Shown piece after piece: positions 1 to 64,000 of a stretch of DNA of 64,000 nucleotides; the stretch's first letter is position 1; each line of letters starts with the position of its first letter. This DNA comes from Podarcis cretensis (Eukaryota), in the NCBI GenBank assembly GCA_951804945.1, contig OX638154.1, forward strand, positions 45,384,001 through 45,448,000, in the 5' to 3' direction. Both the position numbers and the translations under genes were made by a program. The notes under the pieces are model-generated. The model ran no database searches and was not told the origin of the DNA. It saw nothing but the letters and a program-made list of their open reading frames with translations.

Positions 1-77
1 CTGCACCAACAGGGACACTGGCATCACTCTATAGGCTGAGACCACCAGGGCTGGATGGAAGGACACACCTACCCAAT

Positions 78-78
<1 letters not shown>

Positions 79-112
<34 letters not shown>
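79..112. repeat. (CA)17 microsatellite
   Basis: Perfect dinucleotide run. Confidence 0.97.
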
Positions 113-113
<1 letters not shown>

Positions 114-232
114 CATGGCACAAAGGGGCTTTTGGATTGCAGCCTATGTTTAGGGACTGAGAGGAGCCATTAAGTTAAAGTAAACATATCTTGTGTTACT
201 AGTGAAAGAACCCACTAGCTTGTTTCCTCTCA

Positions 233-280
<48 letters not shown>
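233..280. repeat. (GTCT)12 microsatellite
   Basis: Perfect tetranucleotide run. Confidence 0.97.
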
Positions 281-281
<1 letters not shown>

Positions 282-1523
282 ACCACTTTCTAAATTCTTA
301 ATTTTTCTTAACCTGGCCATTTCTCTTCTAGACTTTTCTTCTAGGCCATAGCTAAGGGCCAAAACTTCTTGAGGCCTGAAATTTCAGTCCTTTGAAAGGA
401 AATATCCCTCAGGCATTAGGAATGGCAGAGAAACTGCTACAAAGTCGAGTTTTTAGCTGGATCAGAAGCATCTTAAGGGTTGAAGGAATCCATGCCAAGG
501 CTTGGAGGCATCTGGTGCAGGAGAAGTGTTTTTGTTGAAGTCTGTCTGCCTCCACTATGCTCTGCTTTTGTATTTATAAACGAACATTGCATGGACATTG
601 AACCCTTCAATCCTGCACTTAATACAGGAGCCTGATGAGTTCTCACTTCTGGGGCAGTGGAGAGCGTAACACGGTGAAGGAAGTTACCAATACAAACATA
701 AGAGGAATAAAGATTAGAATACTTCAGTATTACTATCTTTATGCAGCACAGAAAAATGGCAGGATGTGGCAGAGACGAAGCACGTATCCCCTGGGGGCAG
801 GGAGGTAGGAATTAATGCAAGCCTTGACAAGCCACCAGGGCAGGTGAGACAGGAGGTGGGACCATGAGGTGTGCAGATGTTCCAGGATATGAGGTGCTGG
901 TAGGTGGTCTTAGAACTATTGTTTGTTTGCGCCATAAAAGTCAGGCTGGCCTTAAGTAGTTTGGAGCTCTGGGCATGGGGGTTAATTTTCCATCCAGCAG
1001 AGAGATATCAGCTTTAAGATGCTGATTGGAGAGGCGCTTTGAGGAAAAGACCAGCCAGAACTGTAAATAATTAGGGATGTCAGATTCAAATGGTGCAATG
1101 AAACAAAAAGCAGTCAGAAAGCATAATTCATTTAACCTCTTAAAAGATCTGCATCTATTAATATTTCAATTTGTGATCTCAGGGCAAAGCAGTTGCTATA
1201 TTACCAATGACAAGGGGGCTCGTGCAAAATATTGTTATTTTTCTTTATGCACATTTTCCAGAAGAACAGATTGAGGACACAGGGTCAGTTAAGTAGACCT
1301 GAGGTTGCAGAACAGGGCTGAATGGAAGCACAACATATGGGGGAAAGTGGTTCCCTGTTGCTAATGCGCACAGGAGTGTTAAACTGCCAAACGAAGGTGA
1401 GAATATATTCAGTAGGGTAAGGAAAAGCAAACAAAAGTGCTACATGGAAAATGGATAATGTTCCATTTTAGAGGAGCTACAGAAGAGTACATTTTTAAAG
1501 AGTCACAACCACCTCATAGGTAA

Positions 1524-1535
1524 TTTAATTTTATT
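1524..1535 (-). terminator. Distal polyadenylation signal (AATAAA directly followed by ATTAAA)
   Basis: Minus strand AATAAA at 1535-1530 and ATTAAA at 1529-1524; several UGUA elements within about 110 nt upstream; GU-rich GGTGGTTGTG downstream. Confidence 0.65.
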
Positions 1536-4500
1536 GCATTTTATAATGCCATTGTCATACAGATTACATGCAGCTAGATCTACTGTACAAGGGTTTACCG
1601 TCTGCCAGAGCAGACACACAGAAGTCCAGAGTACAAATACACAGCAATGCTATTTCCTTTATACAGGGTGGAAATATGGCAGTGTGATGCAGTAGGAGGA
1701 GGATGGATCAAAGGTTTACAGACATCCTTCCCCCTCCCCAGTAACCTTTCCCTTCACACTGACTTGCCACCTGCTAAAAGGATGATCACATCAAACCAAC
1801 AAATGTGAGGAAGGAAAAACCCACAATATTAAAGGTCACTGCATGTCTTGCCCCTTTCTTGCACCTTCCTGGGTACCAGGAGAAGGAAAAGACAACAGAG
1901 TGCTGACATGCCACAGTTCCCTACCCTCCCACTGTATGTTGGGTACTAGGATGAGGGAGAACAGATCCACTTGCAATAGAGAAGATCTAAGAAGGAGGAG
2001 CCCCTGGAGGCAAAATTAAATATTACAAATTAGCAAATCAGGTCATTTCAGGAGACATGTTAACCTCCCCATTTCCATTCAATGAGATCAGTGACCCCTT
2101 GGCTCATGCCAAACTGCTAAGCTGATACGGTTTGAAAGTCACTAGTCATTGTTTCCTGGGTGATTTTTCTGCCACCTGAGATTCAGTGAGAGATTTGGAA
2201 GACAAGAATGCCAAGTGGTGAAAAGCTCAGAGAAGCTGAGCATCAACTCTTTGGGAAGGTTAACAGGAAAGCTGCTCCAAAGAGCAAACGGTTAAAGTGA
2301 ACAACAGGCCAATGGGGCACCAGTATTTCATTCCTACAGAAGAACAGCCCCATTGCAATGAGCAATAAGAAGACTCCCATTTGACAAATCCTTCAGCACT
2401 TTGGAATAGTCTAAATTTGAAGAAGGAAAAAACTAAAACAAAACCTCTGCAAATTATGCAGAGTGGCCACATTTATGTGGAGTCGAACACTTGAAAATCT
2501 ACAGAATGGATAAACAGAACAGGCTCTTGTGGGTTTTTCTGAGTGGGATTTTTGTATCTCTCCCCTTGAAATATACCTATTAAAGATTATGTAAACATAC
2601 AAAACTGAAACACACACACCTTTGGTTTAATAAAATGTGTTTTGCTTCTGTTCTTACTTCTCCCAACTTTGAGGAAGTGAGAAGGAAAGGGAAATGATTA
2701 CATCAGTATCCCAATTTCTTTTAAGCAACGGGTTCTCTCTTCCCACCCTCACCATTTCTACAACCTAATTTTCAGAAAGAAAAGAAACCAAAGACAGCAT
2801 AAAGAACTGGAACAGCATCCAAGTCAAGTCAAAGAGAGATACAAGAATGGCTTCCTAAATTCCAGAATAAGGGGGGAAAACCTTCCTAAAATATTCCCTG
2901 CATTAGTTTCATCACAGGATAGTTAAATAGACAACAATAAACTAATTTTAGTAGGTTTTTAACCAGCATATATATCAATATATACAGATACTATCCTGCC
3001 ACAAGTTGGGTTTGGTCTTTCCCACACTACCCCTTTAAAAGCCATTTTGAGGTAACAACAAAAACCATAAAAACACACAAGTACTATACGTAGTTTGAAT
3101 GAAACAGAGTTTTGTGAAAAGTTATTTGTGCAAAAAACAGATGTACCTAATGCAGTTAAACTTGGGGAAAGTTAAGTGCCAAGATATTTCCAGCTTAAGA
3201 GAAGAGAACCCTCCAAGTTTCATGCCAGCCATACTTACTTTTCATGAACGGAGGATGAGGAATAAAGGACACTGAACAAAGTTACAAGAGCTTAAAGCCA
3301 CAAAAAGAAACTCTGTGGTAAACTATTCTTCCAAAATGACTTATGGAACAACAGTAAATGGGCACATTTGATGAGGTGAAAGAAATTGCATGGATGCCTT
3401 AACTATTAAGAGAAGATCCCATAGATTCATTTTCTGTTGGTACATATATTGCATTTACATATGGGTGCTGATGTTTTTAATATGGCATTACGGGAATTAT
3501 TCAATTTTGAGCAGAAGACCAAAAAATAATAATAATAATAATCAAAAAAAAAAATCAGATGTTTAACCTGCAGCCAGAAAACTATCGACTTTCCCAGTTT
3601 GTATAAAGAGCCTCCATTTTTTGCAACAGCAGAATAGAAAGAACACCTTACAGATGAAATTGCAGCACTGGAATACATTTTGTACAATTCTGGGCAGAGA
3701 ATTCAGTCAGTCATCATTACTTTTGATTTTGCTGGGAAGGCCAGAAGGAACAATATGGATTTCCCAAGCTTATTCTAAACACATTTATATTAATCTAAGA
3801 CAAACAATATCTCAACAGTATTTGGATTTGCTCTTTCTCTCTAGGAATGCTTGACCATTAACTTTTTCTGAATTTACACCAGTGTAACGAAACACACTGA
3901 CTTCAATAACAAGGGCTGCGCAGATCTAACCATTTGCCAAGCAGTTGCTCACATCCTAACAACTATGCTCATTGTTGTCCATCACTTCTAAAGAGTTGGT
4001 GTTGCCAGGCTGAAACCCTTTTCAAAGGAATTCTCACAGAAAGGTAAACATTAGAGGAATGGGGAAATCCCCCTGTAACCCAGGAAAACACAATAAGAAG
4101 ACACTCAAAGCCATGACCTGGGCATAAGAAAGGATCCTGGTCAGGTAGCTTGAGTCAGATTTAAATGAAAGGCAGCATCAAAAGAAAATTATGCCAACTG
4201 AAGCCATAGCAGTTCAATCAAGCAGTCCAAAAAACATGAGCAAGTTTCACACTTCAAGCTGTTGGAGGGCAAACAGACCACAAATTGAATAGCTGTAGCG
4301 AACAGCATGGATTCAGTGATACTGAACTATAGTCTTTCTTCAGTGTCCTGTTATTAATCAAGCATCTGTAAAGATTCTTAAAGTTGTGTCTAGAAAGAGC
4401 AGGGATAGGGCAGATCCTGATCAGTTGCCCAGTAAAGTTATTGGGAATCCTGTTATTGATATGAATGAATTTAGGACTTGCTGTTTTGCCAAGTAATAAT

Positions 4501-7500
4501 CTTTTCAGCTTTATACACAGGCAAGCTCATGAGTCATGTGGAAACTCTATTATAATGGCACTCCTTTATGTGTATAAAAGATGAGGCAGAATCTTAAAGC
4601 AACCAAACATCAGAACCACTCTAGTTTTGTGGTACATTTCTTTCATTGAGACAGTGCGTTACCACTGAAAATTAGAAAGCTGTAGAAGCAATCAATGTGA
4701 AATTAATATCCTGGTTCAAATAGCTTTTGCTGGGGAAGTCAGAAACACAAGAAAAAATGAACCAAGCCAAGAGAGGATGGTTTTGACTTGAGGCATGGAA
4801 ATGGAAACAATTGCAGGGCACAGAAGTTTGGAGGACTGAGAGAATGATACCCCTGACACCCCAAACCTCCTCTTTAATTATCCAGCTCACATGTACACTG
4901 GCTCCCTTCAGGACCAGGGGTGGATTTGAAAATCCAAAGAGATTTAAAACTATGCCACTTGCCTAGTGACCAATATGCATACACCCTGCACACTGACAAT
5001 TCTGATGCAAAATCCTGGTTGTAACATACAAAGCAGTGACGTTTGGACAGCACATCCAATGTTTTAAAGCTAGTGGGTTGCAACATAGCAGGGGGTGGGG
5101 GTGGGGGTGGGGAGTGCCCTTCTGGCATTTGGAGGGGTAGGAATCACTGTTTGAGAAACTAAATAAGATAATAACACAGATAAACACACACAAATTCCTT
5201 CCATAATTAGTAGTAATATAGTATAGTTCTCACAGGGATAAAGGAATCTGTGTCTGAGATAGACTACTTCATGTGTCTGAATGCTCCTTCATTGGGGGGG
5301 GGGGATCTGCCCATATAGACAACCAGATGTCAAGGAGAACCTTTCTTTCCAACAACTAGTTTTCTATGTGCATGGAAATACTGCATTCTCATGATCTCCT
5401 GTCCTACCTGCATTCTGAAGTGGTGCAACTCCAGACACAGATTTATTGCTGCAGCGAGAATTAAGATCCAAAGTTACCCTGTGGGATGCACACATTAATA
5501 TTGTCACATCTAGGCAGGGAGGAGCTATAACTGGCAGAAATGGCTAGCAGCACATTACAGACTGGAGACGCTCTGTTCTAGGTCAAAAGCCAAATTGTCT
5601 TACAAATTATGTACATGCATGCCAGGGTCTCTAGAAAGGTTGCATCCTCTGTACCTATAAGATAGCAAAGGCTCCTGCCTACTTTCACTGGAGTCATAGT
5701 AAGTGCCCAATCAGGTATGGATTATGCGGTATGAGTGGACAGTGTCCCACCAAGTTAATCAAGATTCTCAGTCAAGACTAGATTCTCTATGACAGTGCAA
5801 GCCACTGAGGTTGTTATTGCTGCTCCAGGTCCAGAACTTGGGGCCAGTTTTTATATTCATCAGAATCATGGTTAAGCTTTTCCTGGACTGCACCATGAGG
5901 ATGTGGGTGGGTGGTGGCACTTGTTTGGCTTTATAATGGAAGGGAAAATACTGCACAGGGCAAACAACCACCTTTGCCTCCACCTGTGGCCCAAAGCATT
6001 GCAGTCCAGGAAGTTTTACCATTTGATTCTACCCAAAGTATAAACTGGTTGCCATATGCCCAGCACTGCAGCAACAAGTTCAGCCTTAGTTGCTCCATTC
6101 CTTGCCTCCAGTTGGTTTGAGATAATGGGCATTTAATATATTAACTATGACCATCATGCTCCCTTTTCTTGGGCCCCTCCAATAAGTGAGTCAACTTGAA
6201 CAAACCCAAACAGTGAGGCACGGGTTTTGATTTAAACAGAGACAGTTATATTTCTAAAGAGAACCTCTTCCCGCAAGTGAGGATGGTTACAGTTCAGATA
6301 TTGGCAGTACAGCACCAGGTAACACCACTGTAATACTGGCAGAACGCATATACTGGGCACCCCAGGACCAGCTGCAGGTGCCTAACACAAGTTTTTGTAC
6401 CAGGTAGGAGAAAACAGACTGAGGTCAGTGAGGCAGAAAAGTAGCATCTTTGAAGAGTTCAAATTGATGGAACTTGGTAGGAATTGATGGGGAAAGAATA
6501 CCAAGGGGTAAGATAAACAACACTGGGGTATAACCACTCAGCTCCAGAGTTGTTTTCAAAGCAATCTGACATACTACAGTAGTACATGGATCATGATGGA
6601 GTAAGACAAAGATCCAATAAATATCTTATTGCAAAGTTGATCTACACATTAAATAGAATAAGGTGGCAGAATTCCAGAAGGAATCATTTCAGACTACAGG
6701 AATCTTAAGCAAACCCTCTGTCATGTAAAAATAATCATCCAGTTTATATTAAACTAGTACATCAGGGAGAAGACAGAGGGTATAATTCAATGCTGCGCTG
6801 TTGTAGATGTTCTGCCTTGACAGATGGAATGATGCACTATTCTGGGATTCTCCCAATCCAGTTTTAGAGGCATGGGGAGAGGCAGGAAGCCCTGTTGCAC
6901 AAGCTGATGGAGTTTGTTAGGTGAATCCCTCCCTATGCGTTTAGTCACATTTCCTACATGCAATTTACTACATGCAGGGAGTTAAAAAAACACAAAACAT
7001 TTTCAATGTATGGGAGCATTAAAAAGATGGCCACAACAGCCCCACCCCTGCAGTCTGAAATCATGCGGCCCAAAATTCTGCCATCTCACACTATGTGAAT
7101 GTGTTAATTGACTCAATACCTTGAGTGGCTACAATGAATCTGCTGTGAGCTTTTCAAAACACATGCTACTCAGACAATGCCTTCAAGATCTGACAAGGCT
7201 CCCAATCATTTTGGATGATGAGGAAAGGGGTTAGGACAACAAAACTTTGGAAAGAACAACTGCTGAAAACAAAGAGAAGAATCCCAAACTGCGCAAACAA
7301 CCTCTGATAACAGCTGAAATGAAGGAAGCTATGATCTGAAAAGGGGAGCGAGTGAGACAGAAGCAGGTTCAAGAGAGACCCATGGAATGCAAACCCTCTC
7401 TAGGCTCAATGGCGTACCCTTAGTAAAGCAAACGACTAACATAAAGCAGCAATCCATGATTCTGGTCTACCTTCATTAGAAGTGTACAAAACAGCACCTG

Positions 7501-8253
7501 TAAACTTTGGTTTAAATAATAACTTAAAATCAAAAGAAAGTGACAAAAGGGTTAAAGGGGTGCAGGATCTTTGTGGATTTCTTTTTGGCCTATGCCAGTT
7601 GGGATAAGTCAGAATAAAAGCACCAAACAAAAATTAAAACAAAAAGTGTTTTGGTTTATGCTTCTTGTCTAAGAAAGGTCTTTGGTCAACGGTTAAGCCA
7701 ATTGTAAAGCATTCTGAAGAGGGCACTAGGGAGGCATTGAGATATGGTCCCAAGGAGGAAGTGAGGTGTGGTGTGTTTCTGCTCAAACTAAGGATGGGAA
7801 CATTTTCCTCAAGCTGCTTCTGGAGTTGAGCTGGGCCCTGAGGGATGGATAGACAGTCAAAAGGTTCTGAGGTATTTTCAGCTCTTGCAGTCCGTCTTGA
7901 CTGTATTTGCAGGCTTTGCCAAGCCAGCCACTCACTGGCAATGGATAGTTTCTCTAGGAAGGTTATTTAAAGCTTCTTAAATTTGATTCACATCCCTTAA
8001 GCAAGATTACCTCCAGCTTACTGCAGCTTAAAGATGGCCCCTCTTTCTTCCAATAGGTATACAGTCCACTTCCCATCAAACCAGAGCAACTACCCTCAAT
8101 TAATCTAGATAATAAACTCCAATTTTGCTCTGCCGGTTGGAGAAGTCAGGAAGCTGAGTATGTGGAATTCATGCTCAGTGGAGCCCTGTAGTGTAGACTC
8201 TAGGAACCAAGCATTGGTGGTTTTCTGAGTGAGGACTGTGGCATCTCTTTATT

Positions 8254-8454
8254 NNNNNNNNNNNNNNNNNNNNNNNNNNNNNNNNNNNNNNNNNNNNNNN
8301 NNNNNNNNNNNNNNNNNNNNNNNNNNNNNNNNNNNNNNNNNNNNNNNNNNNNNNNNNNNNNNNNNNNNNNNNNNNNNNNNNNNNNNNNNNNNNNNNNNNN
8401 NNNNNNNNNNNNNNNNNNNNNNNNNNNNNNNNNNNNNNNNNNNNNNNNNNNNNN
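8254..8454. other. Assembly gap (about 200 N)
   Basis: Run of N. Confidence 0.99.
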
Positions 8455-8891
8455 TTACTGCTTTTCATTTTTGTCTAGGTGTGATACAAATCTGGGTCAC
8501 TTAAGCGCACTACTCAGTATGAAGTTTCAGAAGGAAAGTGTTAGAGAGGAAGTATTGAATGTTACATACATGGACAGATACAATCGCTTAGATAAGGCTT
8601 ACATGGGGTAACATCAATCTCTGTTCTTTGTGACTTGAGGGGCAGGCTTCCCTTCCATCAGCAAACTTATTTAGAAAAAATAACACAAGGGGGTGGGGAG
8701 ACTGGCCAAGAAGGTGACTAGAGATCATAGTGCATGGTGTTCCAGAATTTAATAAAAAGATATATTGTTCTAGTGTAACCCACCAGAGATCCTTTTAGGA
8801 GGTAATTCCACTGGCAAAATTGAGCAAACAGACTCAAATGATTCTGCTAGGTGGTTTTAGAGCTGTTGCAGAGACTAATCAGAGAGCACCT

Positions 8892-8894
<3 letters not shown>

Positions 8895-8940
<46 letters not shown>
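8895..8940. repeat. (GA)23 microsatellite
   Basis: Perfect run. Confidence 0.97.
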
Positions 8941-8942
<2 letters not shown>

Positions 8943-9633
8943 TTGATCTTGGTTAAGAGGTCTGATCCCAATCACCTACAAACGTAAGTTTGGGGTTGTA
9001 TAGAACTAATGTGTCATTCTGTACACTTAAGAAGAGGTAGAGTGGAGGCAAAAAGGCACAAGAAGTGCCAGCTGATTTACTGTAACCTTTTAAGCTAAGC
9101 TTGGGAATTAAGGAAAAGAAGAAGGAGGGATTGTTATCATGGTCTGCCAGCTGGTGAAAGGAGACTTTAAGGAAGAATTTTAACACCATTAAAAAGCACT
9201 GTGCTGGAGATAAATGGAGCAATGGTGCATACAGGCTAAAGAGACAACATTTTGAGTAGGTTAGCTCTCTTCCTTACCCAGACGGTATTACCCCTCACTT
9301 TACCAGATGGTGCTTTGAACAATAGGGGGGGGGGGAATTACCTAATAATGAAACAAAGAATGGTGCAAAGGAATCCTAAGACAAGTTAATCATGACTATT
9401 TTGCTCCAATGTCTTTGGGGGCCTTAGTCTGGGGAGGGCATCCAGCAAGCTAATCTACGCTGAACTTCAGTGTTGAAGCATGGCTATGGCAGCTTACTCT
9501 TCTAACATAAAGGGTTGCATACAGAACACAATTTCTTGCTGGTTTGGGAATCATCCAGGTGTGGCCAAGTACCAGCTTGTTTCCCCAAAAGGTGACAATG
9601 AAACTCCTGTATCCTGATTAAACCCTTAATGTG

Positions 9634-9891
9634 GGGGTCATCCACACTTGTGTTTGTCCCATGATTTCTAGCCACAAAATAGGTATGGGTTCCACTGCTT
9701 TTCCCGGGAAAACCCGCTGTTTACTGCTGAATCGGTAAACCCCATCTATTGGATTTTCTGTAGATAAGCGTTTATTCCAATTCAGCAGTAAACCGGTTTT
9801 CCTAGTGAAGGAAGCAGTGGGACAAAAAAATAAGAACCTCTTGGACCCATGACTGGAAATCACAGGGGAAAAGGGAAGTGTGGATAAGCCC
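9634..9891. mobile_element. Old palindromic MITE, possibly PIF/Harbinger-like, in the 3'UTR
   Basis: Terminal inverted repeats GGGGTCATCCACACTT / AAGTGTGGATAAGCCC (14/16 match), plus nested inverted blocks such as 9692-9700 with 9812-9820 and 9719-9732 with 9780-9793. Confidence 0.7.
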
Positions 9892-11780
9892 TAGGTTACA
9901 CAGATTTACTGGTGGGAGAGTGGACACACATGAGCTTGCTTTAGAAAGAGACTCGTCAAAAGCCCAGTATCCAACTTCTTTGACCCACTGCATCCCTTGT
10001 CCCACAGTGGCCAAGACAATTTTTTGGTCACCAAGAGGGAGCTTTTCGGTTGCCCTCTCATGGAAGTAGAGGGAGAGGAGCCTTTGGAAACCATTATTTT
10101 TTTTCTGCCGGGAAGAGCTCCTGGAATATCCTCTTGCCTCTCCATCCTGAAATTCTAATTTGAGGCATCAGACAATGAGTTAACATAAAATAAAAAGGCT
10201 GTGGGAAGGGTTTTTGGTTAACACTGTTTGTTCACCTGAAAGATGTACTAGATCCTACTGTAACATTTTGGAAAACTTTTGTTCCCCCTCCAAAATAGTT
10301 GGCATCTAGGAACTAATTGCTAGCATACCAATTGTGTGGTTGGATATATTTCCACTAGACAAGCTAATGTCTAGAAGGAAATGAGTGCTTCATCATAGCG
10401 TTGCTGTGTTTGGTCACAAAGGAAAAAGTTTGTTGACCTTACATTTATATTGCTTTGAGTTTTGCATGGTCAACCGGCTCTTGGTTTTCTACAGCCACAT
10501 ACATTGGCCTGTCCCCACTTCCCCCTCCCCCCACCACAAGTGCTTCAGATTTTGCTGGCTTTGCTAAGTCAGCTCCACTCGCATATACTTGGCCTTCCCA
10601 TTTACCCACCTCTTCACTCCCACATGAGCAACCAAGAGTCATGCTTTCTGGCCTTATCCCAGCATGGGTGAAAACGGAAGGGACAGAATGGAAGCTGGGA
10701 GGAGCAAGCAAAAGGTTTGTCTTGCAGAAGTTAAAGTCTTTCCCTGAATTCAGTCTCATGCTGGGCCCCAGCAGCTTGCTGTCCAATCACCTGGCTGTTG
10801 GCTTCCGGTAAAATTTTCACAGTATGTGATGGCGTGGAATGGATATTCATCCCTGGGTTTTGTGGTGAATAAAGCTTTGTGGACTGAAGTCTGGCTGTCA
10901 AACATGACTGGTAAAAGAAGGCTACTTCTTGAACTTGCAGGGGCACAAACACAGGTTGGAGAAAGAATAACCGAGTGGTTTTATGTGTGGCAGTGAGAGA
11001 CCCTTTGGCTGTTTGTTGACCTACAGTGTATTCCTTATACCCAGGTCGGTTTTTTTTCCATTTCTCTCTCATTCAGGAAATGAGCAGAAGCTGGGACAAC
11101 ACCAGGGCCACTGTAGGGTTCTAGTTTCAAACTGCTGTTCCAGTACGTTGAAATGGTGCTAGGGTGTGTGTGAGTTGTGTATGCATATATGCTAAGTGTG
11201 TGCGCGTGAAAAAACATTCCTCCTAGTGCAAAGTTCTCAGTGGGATAAACTGGCAGGTTACTGGAAATGCTTTCCATGGGAAAGTGGGGGACATTCACAG
11301 AAGCCCATGGCTTGGATGCTGCCCCCTGCTGGACTGGATGCTTCCAAAATCTTGATTTGTGGAAACAATATGGCATATGAGCTGAAAATGACAAAACACA
11401 GAGCAGACAATACGAGACACCTTCTTTTTATCCCCATGAGAATGGGGTGATGGAGCAGGGGAAGGCAACAAAGAAGTCTTCGGACAGAACCAACCTACCA
11501 TCCTCGTTTATCAGTTATAAAATAATAAAAAAGTTAAAGAAAAAGCTCAACTCTGTTTTTTGTTTCTTTGCACATCCCCCTCTGTGAATGTCTGTTAAGA
11601 GTCACTGGGATGTAAGGAAGGGAAAGAAGTGTGTGCCTTCAGCAATGGGTAGACCCAAGGAAACCCTTTTGCTTTGCAGAAGTGCCTTAAACAAGATAAC
11701 GCTGAAGGTCACCTTGAGGAGGTGGGAGCCATTGCTTTGTCTCTGGGGAAATGCTGGGCCTAGGTGAGGAGGGAGGGCCC

Positions 11781-63101
<51,321 letters not shown>

Positions 63102-63645
63102 CTGCAGAAACAAAGGACGGTGGATGATGGCATATGCTATACCCAAATGAAAGGGTGTAGGTAGGAGAACAGGGAAAGAAGGTACAGCTACATTGATTCT
63201 TCCTGGCATGTGGGCAAGAGCAAGATACTTGTTACACTTACAAGTACTGCCAGGCCGACTGGCTCCCGGCACATCCCCTCTCAAAACTTCACAAGGACAC
63301 GACCTTAGAGTTGAGATAAACTGGTCTGTCCAATCCTACAACTTTTACCCATGACAGACCAAACACAGTGAGGCAAGTCCAGGGCAAAAGCTGATCTTAA
63401 GACCAGAAAGATAAATAAATCATTTGTCAGACACCCTAATTCTGTTGCTTCACTTTCTACAGGTAATTTAACACAGTACAAAATATTGTAGAACTTGAAC
63501 TAGTTTTGAACTTGAGGTTAGACTGAAACAAACAGACACCTTGAGCACTGATGGCTCCATAATACCACTTCTTTGCCTTTGGAAAAAGCTATTGCTTGTA
63601 GATGATGATGGTGATATGATTTACTTCACTTCTATGCCCCTTAAT

Positions 63646-63980
63646 GGGACGTTAACCATAGAGCCTAGGGTTTGCCGATCAAAAGGTCAGCGGTTCGAAT
63701 CCCCGCGACGGGGTGAGCTCCCATTGCTCGGTCCCTGCTCCTGCCAACCTAGCAGTTCGAAAGCACATCAAAGTGCAAGTAGTTAAATAGGTACCGCTCT
63801 GGCGGAAAGGTAAATAGCGTTTCCGTGCACTGCTTTGGTTCGCCAGAAGCAGCTTAGTCATGCTGGCCACATGACCCGGAAGCTGTACGCCGGCTCCCTC
63901 GGCCAATAAAGCGAGATGAGCGCCGCAACCCCAGAGTCGGCCACAACTGGAACTAATGGTCAGGGGTCCTTTACCTTTTT
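63646..63980 (+). mobile_element. Sauria SINE with A-box region deleted
   Basis: Similar to 23056-23393 in the opposite orientation; perfect 13-bp TSD TATGCCCCTTAAT; B box GGTTCGAATCC. Confidence 0.94.
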
Positions 63981-64000
63981 TATGCCCCTTAATATATTTA

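Larger units (their letters stand above)
1510..11780 (-). other. FOXP4: Probable long FOXP4 3'UTR (up to about 10.3 kb)
   Basis: No coding exons; fewer recognisable TEs than in the introns; U-rich blocks at 2400-3700; strong poly(A) site at the distal end. The length is inferred and spans an assembly gap. Confidence 0.55.

Noticed and set aside
5091-5112. RNA G-quadruplex in the 3'UTR
   Set aside because: The G-runs are on the template strand, so the mRNA would be C-rich here.
8175-8504. ORFs spanning the N run
   Set aside because: Artefact of the assembly gap.
714-11501. ORF-track entries of 60-120 aa downstream of the stop codon
   Set aside because: No recognisable domains or exon chains; consistent with chance ORFs in UTR or intergenic DNA.

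Overview
This is vertebrate genomic DNA, not microbial. Sauria SINEs, Squam3-like SINEs and hAT/Tc1 MITEs point to a squamate, most likely a lacertid lizard. The window holds the 3' part of FOXP4 on the minus strand. I traced 14 coding exons from 63101 down to the TAA stop at 11781; all have GT-AG junctions and consistent phases, totalling 1725 nt (574 aa plus stop). They encode the Q-rich region, C2H2 zinc finger, leucine zipper, forkhead domain and acidic C-terminus. The first roughly 100 codons lie beyond the right edge. A probable 3'UTR of about 10 kb ends at a strong poly(A) site near 1510-1535, and it is interrupted by an assembly gap. Most entries in the ORF track are chance ORFs. The best leads are: (1) a phase-matched 296-nt candidate exon inside the 15-kb forkhead intron, with patchy similarity to FOXP1-ES exon 18b; (2) an intact PLNLV CtBP motif that spans a splice junction with three competing in-frame acceptors; (3) a FOXP2.10+-like read-through after the leucine zipper; (4) MITE-derived hairpins, one covering an AAUAAA in the 3'UTR; (5) three motif-dense candidate enhancers. 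All comparisons to other genes are from memory, not from database searches.
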